A stretch of 64,000 nucleotides of DNA from positions 68,921 through 132,920 of the forward strand of contig CALXZG010000001.1 in assembly GCA_944393195.1 (NCBI GenBank), read 5' to 3'. The notes under the pieces are model-generated. The model was not told the DNA's origin. It was given only the letters and a program-made list of their open reading frames with translations, and ran no database searches. The DNA comes from an uncultured Alphaproteobacteria bacterium (GTDB taxonomy: Bacteria; Pseudomonadota; Alphaproteobacteria; CAAHEQ01; UBA3637). A program made the position numbers and the translations under genes. This document shows positions 17,755 to 28,675 of this stretch, in pieces (positions within the stretch are counted from its first letter, which is position 1; each line of letters begins with the position of its first letter).

Positions 17755-18711
17755 CTATTTATGATTGTGTGCCCGGGGGTGTGAACTGTCATAAACTTCC
17801 TGTAAATGCTCCATGGTGATTTCGGTATAACGCTGCGTCGCCGATAACGAAGCGTGCCCCAATAATTCCTGTACCGTTCGTAAATCTCCGCCTCCTTGTA
17901 ACAAATGTGTGGCAAAGCTATGCCGCAGTGCATGCGGTGTTACCGTGTCCGGCAGATTGAGGTACCGCCGAATTGCCCGGACATTCCTTTGGACAACGCC
18001 GGGATTAATGCGATCCCCTCGGGCACCGATAAATAAAGGTGTTTGCCCCCCGGGATTGGAACGGGCTTTTAAATAGGTCACCACCGCTTTGCGTACTGCC
18101 GGTAAAATCGGAATCATCCGTTGTTTATTTCCTTTACCGGTAATGGTAAACGTTTCCCCGCGCACAGGAAAGTCCGCAACATTTAAAGATAATGCCTCGG
18201 CTATCCGTAAACCGCACCCGTACATCATCATGTATAAAGCAACATCACGTTTAGCCTCCCATGGTTCTTTGGCGATTTTGCGGGCTGCGTCCAAAAAACG
18301 GCCGGCATCCGTGACGGATAAAGGCTTGGGCAATATTTTTCCAGGCCTGGCCGATCGAATGGCCATAATGGCGGTATTTTCCAAAATATGATTGCGCATT
18401 AAATACTTGAAAAAATTACGAACCGCCGACATTCCGCGGGCAATGCTAGCACGTGAAATATGCAACTCCGACCGCCAAACCAAAAAAGACCGAAAATCGG
18501 AAACGGTTAATGTTTTTAAATCATGCAGGTCAACACGACCCCCGATATGATCAAATAAAAACGTAAAAAATTCCTTAATATCCCGATAATAGGATTCGCC
18601 CGTTTTATCCGATAACCGTCGCTCTAACAATAAATTTTGTTGCCACTCATCAACGATGACCTGTAATTTTTCCGCACAAGTTTCATCAATAGTCTTGTAT
18701 TCTGTCGTCAT
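17755..18711 (-). CDS. xerC: Tyrosine recombinase XerC
   Basis: YGCGLRIAE, GKGNKQR, TPHALRHSFATHLL, QELLGHASLSATQRYT; divergent from priA. Confidence 0.88.
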   Translation of the reverse strand: MTTEYKTIDETCAEKLQVIVDEWQQNLLLERRLSDKTGESYYRDIKEFFTFLFDHIGGRVDLHDLKTLTVSDFRSFLVWRSELHISRASIARGMSAVRNFFKYLMRNHILENTAIMAIRSARPGKILPKPLSVTDAGRFLDAARKIAKEPWEAKRDVALYMMMYGCGLRIAEALSLNVADFPVRGETFTITGKGNKQRMIPILPAVRKAVVTYLKARSNPGGQTPLFIGARGDRINPGVVQRNVRAIRRYLNLPDTVTPHALRHSFATHLLQGGGDLRTVQELLGHASLSATQRYTEITMEHLQEVYDSSHPRAHNHK

Positions 18712-18762
18712 TTTTTGTATCCTGTCTGTACTTATGATTAATATAAAGGAAAATAAATCAAA

Positions 18763-20721
18763 ATGCAACGTTTGACTGTTTTAATGCCGGCGCCTTTGGG
18801 ATGTTATGATTACGCCGCGGAAACCGATATCGCCCCCGGTACGTTTGTCCGTGTCCCTTTCGGTCGGAAAGAAAATGTCGGCGTTGTATGGGATCAGGCA
18901 CCGGATAATACGATTCCCGATACCAAAGTCAAATCCGTCACAACCGTTCTGGATATACCACCTTTGCCGTCCGAAACAATCCGTTTCGTTAATTGGGTGG
19001 CCGGGTATACCCTCTCCCCCTTGGGTATGGTTTTGAAAATGGCCTTAATTCCGGATATGGAAAAAGAAAGTAAACACTCTTTGTCTTTTGCTCATCCGAT
19101 TCCCGATTTTCAAACAGTGGCCTTTTCCGATGCCCAAACCGCCGCCGTTCGGAAATTAATCGGTAAAATGGGGCAAGGCTTTACTGTTTCCCTGTTGGAC
19201 GGTGTGACCGGCTCCGGAAAAACCGAAGTATATTTCGAAATGATGGCTTCGGCCTTACGAGCGCAAACTCCTGTTTTGGTTTTATTACCGGAAATAACCC
19301 TGACAACGGCTTGGTTGGAACGATTTGAAAAACGATTCGGTGTCCGCCCCGCCGTATGGCATTCCTCTTTAACCCCGAAACAACGCCGTGATACGTGGCA
19401 GGCGGTTGCCGCCGGTCAGGCTCCTGTTGTTGTCGGGGCGCGATCGGCGCTGTTTTTACCGTATCAAAAACTCGGTTTGATTATCGTGGATGAAGAACAT
19501 GACGCCTCTTTTAAACAAGAAGATGGTGTTTTGTATCAGGCGCGCGATATGGCTATCGTTCGCGCTAAAATCGCCAATTGCCCTATCGTATTGGCATCGG
19601 CAACACCTTCGGTTGAAACATATTGTAATGTCGCCGCCGGCCGGTATGACCACATTCTGTTGCCCGAACGTTTTTCCGGAGCCGTTTTCCCGGATATTCA
19701 TATCGTTGATATGCGTCGAAAAGAAAAAGGAAAAATTTCGTTTATTTCCCCTTTGTTGCGCGATTTGTTGGCGGCTCGTTTGGCGGCCAAAGAACAATCC
19801 CTTTTGTTTATTAATCGACGGGGATATGCACCACTGATTTTGTGTCGCGCTTGCGGGGAAAGAATCCAATGCCCGCATTGTTCAGCTTGGTTGGTAGAAC
19901 ACCGGCATCAAAAATGTCTGCAATGCCACCATTGCGGCTATACACGTCCCGTTCCGACCGTTTGCCCGGCTTGTCAGGAGGAGGGAACACTTATTGCCTG
20001 TGGCCCCGGTGTGGAAAGAATTGAAGAGGAGGTTCGGCTTTTGTTTCCGGAGGCCGTTTGTGCCGCCGTTACCTCCGATACATTGGCCGATGTTCGTCAG
20101 TTTGAAACGTTACTGGAACGTATTGCCGCCCATGAAATTGATATCCTAATCGGTACGCAAATGTTGGCCAAAGGACATAATTTTCCTGATTTGACATTAG
20201 TCGGTGTCATAGATGCGGATATGGGATTGGCCGGTGGTGATTTGCGGGCCAGTGAACGAACCTTTCAATTGTTGCATCAGGTAATGGGGCGTGCCGGCCG
20301 TGATCGCAAAAAAGGGGAGGCGGTTTTGCAATCCTATTGCCCTGAAAACCTGATTATTCAGGCTTTACAGGCAAACGATCGCCATCGTTTTATGGACGAG
20401 GAAATTGCATCGCGTGAGGTGTTGGGCATGCCGCCCTTTGGTCGCTTGGCTGCTGTGATTGTCAGTGGTAGGGATCAAAACCAAACGTATCGGATAGCGG
20501 CCGATTTGGCCAAGAAAGCCCCCTATATCCCCAATGTATCCGTATTAGGGCCGGTGGCCGCTCCGTTGGCTGTTTTACGCGGTCGGTATCGGTTTCGATT
20601 GTTGGTTAAAACACCACGGGACTTTAAATTGCAAAATATGTTGATGTCATGGTTGTCCCGTGTGCCTGTGCCGGCCGGTGTGGATGTCCGTCTGGATATT
20701 GATCCGTATAGTTTCTTTTAA
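18763..20721 (+). CDS. priA: Primosomal protein N'
   Basis: GVTGSGKTEVY, DEEHD, SATPS, Cys-rich zinc region, DIDP C-terminus. Confidence 0.97.
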   Translation: MQRLTVLMPAPLGCYDYAAETDIAPGTFVRVPFGRKENVGVVWDQAPDNTIPDTKVKSVTTVLDIPPLPSETIRFVNWVAGYTLSPLGMVLKMALIPDMEKESKHSLSFAHPIPDFQTVAFSDAQTAAVRKLIGKMGQGFTVSLLDGVTGSGKTEVYFEMMASALRAQTPVLVLLPEITLTTAWLERFEKRFGVRPAVWHSSLTPKQRRDTWQAVAAGQAPVVVGARSALFLPYQKLGLIIVDEEHDASFKQEDGVLYQARDMAIVRAKIANCPIVLASATPSVETYCNVAAGRYDHILLPERFSGAVFPDIHIVDMRRKEKGKISFISPLLRDLLAARLAAKEQSLLFINRRGYAPLILCRACGERIQCPHCSAWLVEHRHQKCLQCHHCGYTRPVPTVCPACQEEGTLIACGPGVERIEEEVRLLFPEAVCAAVTSDTLADVRQFETLLERIAAHEIDILIGTQMLAKGHNFPDLTLVGVIDADMGLAGGDLRASERTFQLLHQVMGRAGRDRKKGEAVLQSYCPENLIIQALQANDRHRFMDEEIASREVLGMPPFGRLAAVIVSGRDQNQTYRIAADLAKKAPYIPNVSVLGPVAAPLAVLRGRYRFRLLVKTPRDFKLQNMLMSWLSRVPVPAGVDVRLDIDPYSFF

Positions 20722-20916
20722 TCCCTTGATTCACAATTTCAACGGGTTGTCAAAAACATAATATCAGATGCTTTTTTTGCTTGCTATTCGTCATAAAATT
20801 TGTAAAATGACACACATAAATAAGGAAAGAAAAATGCCGCAAGTGATAACATCCTCTCGATATCTGTTGACGGATAAGGCTTTTTCTCCCCTTTTAATAC
20901 CTGTTAATTTTAACCG

Positions 20917-20951
20917 AAGCTCCCTGAATTTAAAGGGAGTTTTTTCTTTTC
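20917..20951 (+). promoter_or_regulatory. Terminator-like hairpin in the pyrG leader (possible attenuator)
   Basis: ctccct-gaatttaa-agggag followed by ttttttcttttt, about 20 nt upstream of pyrG. Confidence 0.55.
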
Positions 20952-20973
20952 AACTTAACAAAGGAATATGCGT

Positions 20974-22602
20974 ATGACAAAATATGTTTTTATCTTGGGC
21001 GGTGTGGTTTCTTCTTTGGGCAAAGGGATAGCTTCGGCCTCTGTCGGTTGTTTGCTGAAAGCGCGCGGTTATTCGGTTCGGATGCGTAAAATGGATCCGT
21101 ATCTGAATGTGGATCCCGGTACGATGTCACCGTATCAACACGGCGAAGTCTTTGTGACGGATGACGGGGCGGAAACCGATTTGGATTTAGGTCATTACGA
21201 ACGCTTTACGGACGGTAATTGTCATAAAACGGATAGTATTTCCGGCGGTCGAATTTATTATAACGTGATTCAAAAAGAACGCCGCGGTAATTATCTGGGC
21301 GCAACGGTTCAGGCGATTCCCCATGTGACAAATGAAATTAAAGATTTTATTAAATCCGACCTGCATGGTGAAGATTTTGTTTTATACGAAGTCGGCGGTA
21401 CCGTCGGTGATATTGAAGGAACATTGTTTTTAGAGGCTATTCGTCAATTTGCCAATGATGTCGGTCGCCAAAATGTCCTGTTTTTATTCCTGACCTTACT
21501 GCCTTACATCGATACGGCCGGTGAGTTGAAAACCAAACCGACGCAACATGCGGTTAAAACATTGATGGAAGCCGGTATTCAGGCCGATATTCTTTTGTGT
21601 CGCAGTAAGGTTATGCTCGGTTCCGATGAACGTCGTAAACTCGGCTTGTTCTGTAATGTCGCGCCGGATGATGTTATCATGGCTTTGGATGTGGATAATA
21701 TCTATAAAATTCCCCTGACCTATCATAAACAAGGTTTGGATACACAGGTTTTAAAACATTTCGGTATGTTGGATAACGCGCCCGAACCGGATTTATCCCT
21801 CTGGAAAAATATTATTACGATTTGTCAGAATTATGAAAAAGAAGTCAAAATCGCCGTCGTCGGTAAATATTGCGGTTTGTTGGAGGCGTATAAATCATTG
21901 CATGAAGCTTTAATTCACGCCGGAATTGATAATCATGCCAAAGTGAAAATCAGTTGGCTGGATGCCGAACAATTGGAATCTATGTCGCAGGAAGAAGTGA
22001 ATACTACTCTGTCCGATTTTGCGGGTATCTTGGTCCCCGGCGGTTTCGGTATTCGCGGCATTGATGGTAAAATAAAGGCTATTCGGTATGCGCGCGAACA
22101 TAACATTCCTTTCTTTGGTATCTGTTTGGGCATGCAAATGGCCGTGGTGGAAGCCTGTCGTTCTTTACTGGGAATAGAAAATGCCGGCTCGGCCGAATTT
22201 GGCGGTAACGGAACGCCGGTCATTTCGAAAATGAAAGTCTGGGAACAAGACGGTGTTCAACATATCCGCCCCGATAACGGTGATTTGGGCGGTACAATGC
22301 GGTTGGGGGCTTATCCTTGTGTCTTACAACCCGGTTCGTTGGCTGCGCAAATTTATGATAATGCTGTCGAAATTCGGGAACGGCACCGTCATCGTTATGA
22401 AATGGATATTTCCTATGAAAAAGATTTGGCGCAGCACGGCTTTATCGTTTCCGGTAAATCACCGGACGGCTTGTTGCCTGAAATTATCGAAATACCGGAT
22501 CACCCTTTCTTTATCGCGGTTCAATTCCACCCGGAATTTACATCGCGTCCCGGTAAACCGAATCCGATTTTCCGAGCCTTTATCAAGGCTGCTTTGAAAT
22601 AA
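20974..22602 (+). CDS. pyrG: CTP synthase
   Basis: GGVVSSLGKG, DPYLNVDPGTMSP, GICLGMQ, ERHRHRYE, QFHPE. Confidence 0.98.
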   Translation: MTKYVFILGGVVSSLGKGIASASVGCLLKARGYSVRMRKMDPYLNVDPGTMSPYQHGEVFVTDDGAETDLDLGHYERFTDGNCHKTDSISGGRIYYNVIQKERRGNYLGATVQAIPHVTNEIKDFIKSDLHGEDFVLYEVGGTVGDIEGTLFLEAIRQFANDVGRQNVLFLFLTLLPYIDTAGELKTKPTQHAVKTLMEAGIQADILLCRSKVMLGSDERRKLGLFCNVAPDDVIMALDVDNIYKIPLTYHKQGLDTQVLKHFGMLDNAPEPDLSLWKNIITICQNYEKEVKIAVVGKYCGLLEAYKSLHEALIHAGIDNHAKVKISWLDAEQLESMSQEEVNTTLSDFAGILVPGGFGIRGIDGKIKAIRYAREHNIPFFGICLGMQMAVVEACRSLLGIENAGSAEFGGNGTPVISKMKVWEQDGVQHIRPDNGDLGGTMRLGAYPCVLQPGSLAAQIYDNAVEIRERHRHRYEMDISYEKDLAQHGFIVSGKSPDGLLPEIIEIPDHPFFIAVQFHPEFTSRPGKPNPIFRAFIKAALK

Positions 22603-22640
22603 CGATCAGGTTTGCGTAATCATACGCGTGTCGGTATATC

Positions 22641-22670
22641 AAAAAAGGTTATCACATGATAACCTTTTTT
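22641..22670. terminator. Bidirectional terminator between pyrG and pyk
   Basis: aaaaaaggttatca-ca-tgataaccttttt. Confidence 0.85.
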
Positions 22671-22708
22671 CGATAAGCTGATTCTTTGAAACGGAATAAC
22701 CGCAATAA

Positions 22709-24124
22709 TTATTCTACGGTTGCAATATGCAGAATATTGGTTGTTCCTTTCTCGGCGAACGGAATACCGGCCGTCATAATAACCGTTTCTCCTTTTTTAG
22801 CCAGCTTTAATTCTTTGGCTGTTTCTACGGCAACCGGTGATACCGCCGTCATGTCCTTTAAACTTTTGGTGACAAAAGGTCGCACTCCCCATACCAAAGC
22901 CATGCGATTGGCAATTCGAACATCCGGCGTTAATCCTAAAATCGGAACCAAAGCCCGTTCCCGCGCCGCCCGTAACGTTGTCTTGCCCGAAATAGAGTAA
23001 GTCGCAATACAGGCCGGTTTTTCCAATACTTTCACCATTTGCTTCATACTGGACGTAATGGCGCTGGCCGTTGTTTTATCCGGCGGCATTGAATTTACTT
23101 CCATGGCGTGCGCATAATAAACGTCATCTTGAATTTTGGAAATAATGCGTCGCATCATCGTAACCGCTTGTACCGGATACCGACCGGCCGCCGTTTCAGC
23201 CGATAACATCACGCCATCCGCCCCTTCATAAACGGCCGTCGCCACATCGGATACCTCCGCCCGTGTCGGCACCGGCGCATGAATCATACTTTCCAACATC
23301 TGGGTAGCGACAATCACCGGCTTGCCCGCTAACCGACAAACATCAATAATTCGTCGTTGCAGCGACGGAACCGATTCAATCGGGCATTCAACCCCTAAAT
23401 CCCCGCGCGCAACCATAACCCCGTCGGCTAAATCCACAATTTCATCTAAATGGACTAAGGCTGACGGTTTTTCGATTTTAACAATGATACCGGCTTTGTC
23501 CCCGATTAAATCCCGGGCCATTTTAACATCTTCCGGTTGCTGTACAAATGATAGGCAAATCCAATCCACACCCAATTTTAACGCAAATTGTAAATCATCC
23601 TTGTCCTTTTCGGTTAAGGCCGAAATCGGTAAAACAACATCCGGGACATTGACCCCTTTATGATCGGATAAAGGGCCACCTACAATAACCTTTGTATTGA
23701 CATAATTTTTTCCGAAATCCATGACCTGTAATTGAACTTGTCCGTCATTTAAAAGTAACACCATATCCTTTTTTAAAACGGCAAAAATTTCCGGGTGCAT
23801 GAGGGCAACACGACTTTCGTCCCCCGGTGTTTCGTCCATATCCATCCGAAACATTTGTCCGTTTTTCAAAACAATTTCTTCATGAGCAAATCGCCCGACA
23901 CGTAATTTCGGTCCCTGCATATCGGCCAATATGCTGTAATGTGTTCCGTTTTCTTTGGCCAGTTCCCGAATAAAGGTATACCGTTCCCGATGTTCGTCAT
24001 GAGATCCATGACTGAAATTTAACCGAAAGACATTTACACCGGCACGCATCAATGCCGCAATTTTTTCCCGTCCCGAAGACGACGGACCCAAAGTGGCCAC
24101 GATTTTAGTAAAATTTGTTTTCAT
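22709..24124 (-). CDS. pyk: Pyruvate kinase
   Basis: TKIVATLGP, RLNFSHG, MVARGDLGVE, ATQMLESM, MLSAET. Confidence 0.98.
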   Translation of the reverse strand: MKTNFTKIVATLGPSSSGREKIAALMRAGVNVFRLNFSHGSHDEHRERYTFIRELAKENGTHYSILADMQGPKLRVGRFAHEEIVLKNGQMFRMDMDETPGDESRVALMHPEIFAVLKKDMVLLLNDGQVQLQVMDFGKNYVNTKVIVGGPLSDHKGVNVPDVVLPISALTEKDKDDLQFALKLGVDWICLSFVQQPEDVKMARDLIGDKAGIIVKIEKPSALVHLDEIVDLADGVMVARGDLGVECPIESVPSLQRRIIDVCRLAGKPVIVATQMLESMIHAPVPTRAEVSDVATAVYEGADGVMLSAETAAGRYPVQAVTMMRRIISKIQDDVYYAHAMEVNSMPPDKTTASAITSSMKQMVKVLEKPACIATYSISGKTTLRAARERALVPILGLTPDVRIANRMALVWGVRPFVTKSLKDMTAVSPVAVETAKELKLAKKGETVIMTAGIPFAEKGTTNILHIATVE

Positions 24125-24129
24125 TTTTT

Positions 24130-25011
24130 CTATCCTTGAATATTAAACGTAATTTTTCCCGTTATGGTTTGTCCGGGACCAATACTGCGAATTCCCGTGC
24201 CGATAACACCGCCTGCCGCCAGGTTGAAAGCGTTTGTCGCACAGGTCGTCGGTTCTAAACAAAAGAAATTTTTTCCCTTTGGGGCATATAATACAACATG
24301 ATGAAATAACGCATCCGTTTGCATTTGAATCGTTATGCCTTTGTCGGGATAAACAACTTTTGCTTGTTCTTCAAATCCACCGAAACACGTATCAAATACG
24401 GCATTTTTTAACGGTTTTCCGCCATCGAACTGCCACGCGTCAGGGGTGGTATAGGGTTGATCGAAAATCGGATCGGATTCATTGCTCCACACAACTTGCG
24501 TCTTAAAATCCAACACAACATCCTTTTCCTTGGGAAAGAACGGATGAATGCCTAATCCGCAAGGCATCGGCAATGGTCCGGGATTGGTAACACTGATGGT
24601 GATTTGTAATCCGCTTTCGGATAAAGTATAATTGACTTCGGCCTGATAATTAAACGGAAAACCGCCGTCTTCTTTCCGGTGCGTCATACCAATTGTTATT
24701 GCATTGTCATCTTGCCGGATAATTTGCCATACGGATTTCCAACCGTCACCATGAATCGGATCACTGAATCCGACTTGGTTTTTGGCAACCTTGCGTAAAA
24801 TGCCCCAATAGGTAAAACTGCCGCCGCGAATACGCCCGCAATAAGGCAACATTAAAAACATAGCCGATTGAATCGCTTCATTTTTTTCTTTTGATAAATC
24901 GGTCGGGCGTAAAATATCATGCCCGCGATAGGTCAAAAAAGATAACGAACCCCCAAGTTCCGGAAGAATGCCGACCTTCATCTGACCGGCGGATAAGACA
25001 ATTTCTTGCAT
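24130..25011 (-). CDS. Aldose 1-epimerase family protein
   Basis: GRIRGG, IHGDGW, GLGIHPFF, FCLEP. Confidence 0.88.
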   Translation of the reverse strand: MQEIVLSAGQMKVGILPELGGSLSFLTYRGHDILRPTDLSKEKNEAIQSAMFLMLPYCGRIRGGSFTYWGILRKVAKNQVGFSDPIHGDGWKSVWQIIRQDDNAITIGMTHRKEDGGFPFNYQAEVNYTLSESGLQITISVTNPGPLPMPCGLGIHPFFPKEKDVVLDFKTQVVWSNESDPIFDQPYTTPDAWQFDGGKPLKNAVFDTCFGGFEEQAKVVYPDKGITIQMQTDALFHHVVLYAPKGKNFFCLEPTTCATNAFNLAAGGVIGTGIRSIGPGQTITGKITFNIQG

Positions 25012-26096
25012 TATTTTAATCCTTTCCTGCTGTCTTGTTTGATATATTGCTGACGCGTGTTTTTATCCGCTTCCTGTAATGCATTTAACGCTTTTAATAA
25101 AAGGGAATCGATTGTATCCTCTTTACTTGTTTTCCCGGCAATGCCAAATGTAGCCGATACAAAGAAACTATTGCTTTCTTTTAAATTCTTTTCTTGAATT
25201 TTTTCTTTCAAACGCTCCGCCAAAAAAGCCGCGTTTTCGGCCGGTGTTTCCGGTAAGACAATGGCAAATTCCACATCCCCGACCCGGCCGATGTAATCCG
25301 AATCTCGTGTTGCTTTACGGCAAATGGCAACGGCTTGGCGGATAATTTCATCGCTGAACCCCGGATCATTCCCCATTTCATTGATGCCGTGGAAATAATT
25401 TAACTTTAATACCAAAATGGATAATTGCCGCTTGTACCGAATGGCCCGCTTTAACTCCCGCGCTCCGGCTTCCAATAAAGCCTGCCTGTTTAATACGCCC
25501 GTTAAGGGATCAACCGATGCCAAATACCGCAGTTCTTCTTCCAACCGTTTACGCTTGGTAATGTCAAAACCGACCGATCGAATTTCAACCGGTTGCCCCG
25601 CATCATCATAAATCACGCGATTCGTCCATGAAATCCAAAAACGTTCACCATTCTTTTTAATATTTTCGGTTTCATGTTCAACATATAACTTCGGATTGGT
25701 AAAAATGCGTGAAACAATATTTGCTTGTAAAGAATCCTTTTTTTCCGGCACCGGAAAAATAGTGCCGAATACCTCATGCCCGACCATTTCATCCCGTGTG
25801 TATTTGAAAATCTCCGTGGCATATTCGTTGACATCCGTGATTTTTCCCGCCGGGTCTATCGATACAATGATGCTTTTCGATGTTTCGGGAATAAAAGGCG
25901 ATAAAACATTCTGACTCGATTGTCGCACATCCTCTAATTCTTTGTTTTTGGCGGCCAAAGCCTCAATCATACCGGATAATTTTTTTTGCAGGTGACGGCT
26001 GCGGTTTAAAAACATCATAGAGACAAAAATAAACAAAATAGTCGTGAGGATAAAAAAACTCTGCGCAACGGCAAAACAATCAATTGTCCCCAACAT
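25011..26096 (-). CDS. Membrane-anchored PAS + degenerate GGDEF protein
   Basis: TM helix, PAS/PAC (DITKRK), DPLTGVLNR, RVGDVEF in place of RxGG(D/E)EF. Confidence 0.85.
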   Translation of the reverse strand: MLGTIDCFAVAQSFFILTTILFIFVSMMFLNRSRHLQKKLSGMIEALAAKNKELEDVRQSSQNVLSPFIPETSKSIIVSIDPAGKITDVNEYATEIFKYTRDEMVGHEVFGTIFPVPEKKDSLQANIVSRIFTNPKLYVEHETENIKKNGERFWISWTNRVIYDDAGQPVEIRSVGFDITKRKRLEEELRYLASVDPLTGVLNRQALLEAGARELKRAIRYKRQLSILVLKLNYFHGINEMGNDPGFSDEIIRQAVAICRKATRDSDYIGRVGDVEFAIVLPETPAENAAFLAERLKEKIQEKNLKESNSFFVSATFGIAGKTSKEDTIDSLLLKALNALQEADKNTRQQYIKQDSRKGLK

Positions 26097-26212
26097 ACGG
26101 TATTATCTCCTTTTTTTGAAACCTGTTTTACATTAGCTTTTTTTTTTGTCAAAAACAAGTAAAAAAATGCTTTTTCTTGACTTTTTTTTGAAAATAAGGC
26201 ATAAGGAAGCTC

Positions 26213-27652
26213 ATGAACAACACAAAAACAACATTGCGTGAAATTGTGTCCGAACGGTATCGGTACGGATTTGAAACTCCCGTTGCGGCCGAAACGGCGC
26301 CGAAAGGCTTGTCCGAGGATATTATCCGCTTTATTTCTGCCCGGAAAAAAGAACCGGATTGGTTGCTTGAATTCCGTCTGAAAGCCTATCGCCATTGGTT
26401 AACCATGACGGAACCGCATTGGGGTAAATTTACCTATGATCCGATTGATTATCAGGATTTGTACTACTACGCGGCACCGGTGCCGAAAAAAGTCAACTCA
26501 TTGGATGAAGTTGATCCCGAAATTTTAAAGACATACCAAAAACTCGGTATTCCGCTTCAAGAACAAAAAGCGTTGGCCGGTATTGCCGTTGATGCGATTT
26601 TTGATAGTGTTTCCGTTGCTACGACATATCGTGCACAGTTGAAAGAAAAGGGTATTATTTTTTGCCCGATATCCGAAGCCGTTCGCGATTATCCCGAATT
26701 GGTACGCACGTATTTGGGATCGGTTGTTCCGTATACCGATAATTTTTTCGCCTGTCTGAACAGCGCTGTTTTTTCGGACGGTTCCTTTGTTTATATTCCG
26801 AAAGGGGTTCGCGCTCCGTTGGAATTATCCAGCTACTTTCGTATCAATGCCAAAAATGCCGGTCAATTTGAACGTACCCTGATTGTTGCCGAAGATGATT
26901 CTTATGTCAGCTATCTGGAAGGGTGTACGGCGCCGCAACGGGATGAAAATCAATTGCACGCCGCTATCGTCGAAATTATTGTCAAAGATGGGGCAGAGGT
27001 TAAATATTCAACCGTTCAGAATTGGTATCCCGGTGATGAAAACGGTCGCGGCGGTATCTATAACTTTGTGACGAAACGCGGCATTTGCCACAATCACGCC
27101 AAACTTTCGTGGACGCAGGTGGAAACCGGTTCCGCCATTACATGGAAATATCCCAGCTGTATTTTAAAAGGTGATTATGCGGTCGGCGAGTTTTACTCCG
27201 TCGCCTTAACCAATCATTGTCAACAGGCCGATACCGGCACCAAAATGATTCACTTGGGTAAACATACAACCTCAACCATTATTTCCAAAGGTGTTTCCGC
27301 CGGTCGTTCCAATAACACCTATCGCGGTATGGTTAAAATTGCGTCGACGGCAACCGGCGCCCGAAATGTTTCCCGATGTGATAGCCTGTTGATCGGCAAT
27401 CAATGCGGTGCCCATACTATTCCGGTGATGACTTGTGCGGACCCGAGCGGTGTGATCGAACACGAGGCAACGACTTCCAAAATTTCGGAAGATCAGTTGT
27501 TTTACGCGCAATCCCGCGGTTTAAGTTCGGAACAGGCTGTCGGTTTGATAGTAAATGGTTTTTGCCGCGAAGTCATGCAAAAACTCCCGATGGAGTTTGC
27601 GGTGGAGGCTCAACGTTTAATCGGTATTAATCTGGAAGGAAGCGTCGGATGA
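26213..27652 (+). CDS. sufB: Fe-S cluster assembly protein SufB
   Basis: [38 protein letters not shown]. Confidence 0.98.
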   Translation: MNNTKTTLREIVSERYRYGFETPVAAETAPKGLSEDIIRFISARKKEPDWLLEFRLKAYRHWLTMTEPHWGKFTYDPIDYQDLYYYAAPVPKKVNSLDEVDPEILKTYQKLGIPLQEQKALAGIAVDAIFDSVSVATTYRAQLKEKGIIFCPISEAVRDYPELVRTYLGSVVPYTDNFFACLNSAVFSDGSFVYIPKGVRAPLELSSYFRINAKNAGQFERTLIVAEDDSYVSYLEGCTAPQRDENQLHAAIVEIIVKDGAEVKYSTVQNWYPGDENGRGGIYNFVTKRGICHNHAKLSWTQVETGSAITWKYPSCILKGDYAVGEFYSVALTNHCQQADTGTKMIHLGKHTTSTIISKGVSAGRSNNTYRGMVKIASTATGARNVSRCDSLLIGNQCGAHTIPVMTCADPSGVIEHEATTSKISEDQLFYAQSRGLSSEQAVGLIVNGFCREVMQKLPMEFAVEAQRLIGINLEGSVG

Positions 27653-27930
27653 CACGATATGTATCACAAGAAATTTGTAAAGCGGCTTTAACAACTTGGG
27701 GAAAACAAAAACAACTCATGATGTTGTTGGAGGAAATGAGTGAACTGCAAAAAGAAGTGTTAAAAAACATCAACCGAAACAAAGATAATGTGGCCGCTAT
27801 TGCGGAAGAAACGGCCGATGTTTTGATTATGCTTGACCAATTGATTGATATGTATGATATACGGGATGCCGTCGGTCAACAAGTCGCTTTTAAATTAAAC
27901 AGAGTCAAAGAGTATTTGGGGATCAAATAA
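27649..27930 (+). CDS. MazG-like all-alpha NTP pyrophosphohydrolase
   Basis: EEMSEL...EETADV (ExxE...ExxD pattern). Confidence 0.7.
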   Translation: MTRYVSQEICKAALTTWGKQKQLMMLLEEMSELQKEVLKNINRNKDNVAAIAEETADVLIMLDQLIDMYDIRDAVGQQVAFKLNRVKEYLGIK

Positions 27931-27931
27931 A

Positions 27932-28675
27932 ATGGCATTATTAACCATTGAAAATCTATGCGCCCGTGTCGGTGACAAAGAAATTTTAAAGGATTTTTCT
28001 CTGACGATTAACCCCGGTGAGGTTCATGTCATTATGGGACCGAACGGATCGGGGAAAAGTACGCTGGCGAATGTCATTGCCGGACATCCTGCGTATGAAG
28101 TGACCGGCGGTCGCTTGATGTTTAAGGATCGTGATGTTCTGAAAATGACACCGGACGAACGGGCTAATATCGGTATTTTTCTGGCGTTTCAATCTCCCAC
28201 CGAATTACCGGGTGTCGGTTCGGCTTTGTTTTTGAAAACGGCCTTAAATGCCAAACGTCAGGCTGCCGGAGAAAAAGACATAGATGCCGTTTCTTTTATG
28301 CGTCGGTTACGACCGCGGGCAACGGCACTCGGTATTACCGATGATATGTTAAAGCGTGCTTTAAACGTCGGTTTTTCCGGTGGTGAAAAAAAACGAATGG
28401 AAATGTTGCAAATGGCGTTTTTGGAACCGGATTTTTGTATGTTGGACGAAATTGATTCCGGATTGGATATTGATGCTTTACATACTGTTTCCCAAGCCGT
28501 TAATATTATGCGGGAATCCCATCGGTCTTTTTTACTGATTACCCATTTTCAACGCCTGTTGAACGATATTACGCCGGATTATATTCATATTATGATGGAT
28601 GGTCGTATCGTTAAAACAGGGGATAAAACATTGGCTGCCACATTGGAAGAAAAAGGATATGACATCTATCGATAA
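27932..28675 (+). CDS. sufC: Fe-S cluster assembly ATPase SufC
   Basis: GPNGSGKST, GFSGGEKKR, LDEIDSGLDIDAL. Confidence 0.97.
   Translation: MALLTIENLCARVGDKEILKDFSLTINPGEVHVIMGPNGSGKSTLANVIAGHPAYEVTGGRLMFKDRDVLKMTPDERANIGIFLAFQSPTELPGVGSALFLKTALNAKRQAAGEKDIDAVSFMRRLRPRATALGITDDMLKRALNVGFSGGEKKRMEMLQMAFLEPDFCMLDEIDSGLDIDALHTVSQAVNIMRESHRSFLLITHFQRLLNDITPDYIHIMMDGRIVKTGDKTLAATLEEKGYDIYR

Noticed and set aside
17755-18711. Adjacent tyrosine recombinase as the switch invertase or a mobile-element integrase
   Set aside because: It looks like housekeeping XerC beside priA, and the switch pairs lack full 6-bp core identity. Not formally excluded, so it is still worth including in a reporter test.
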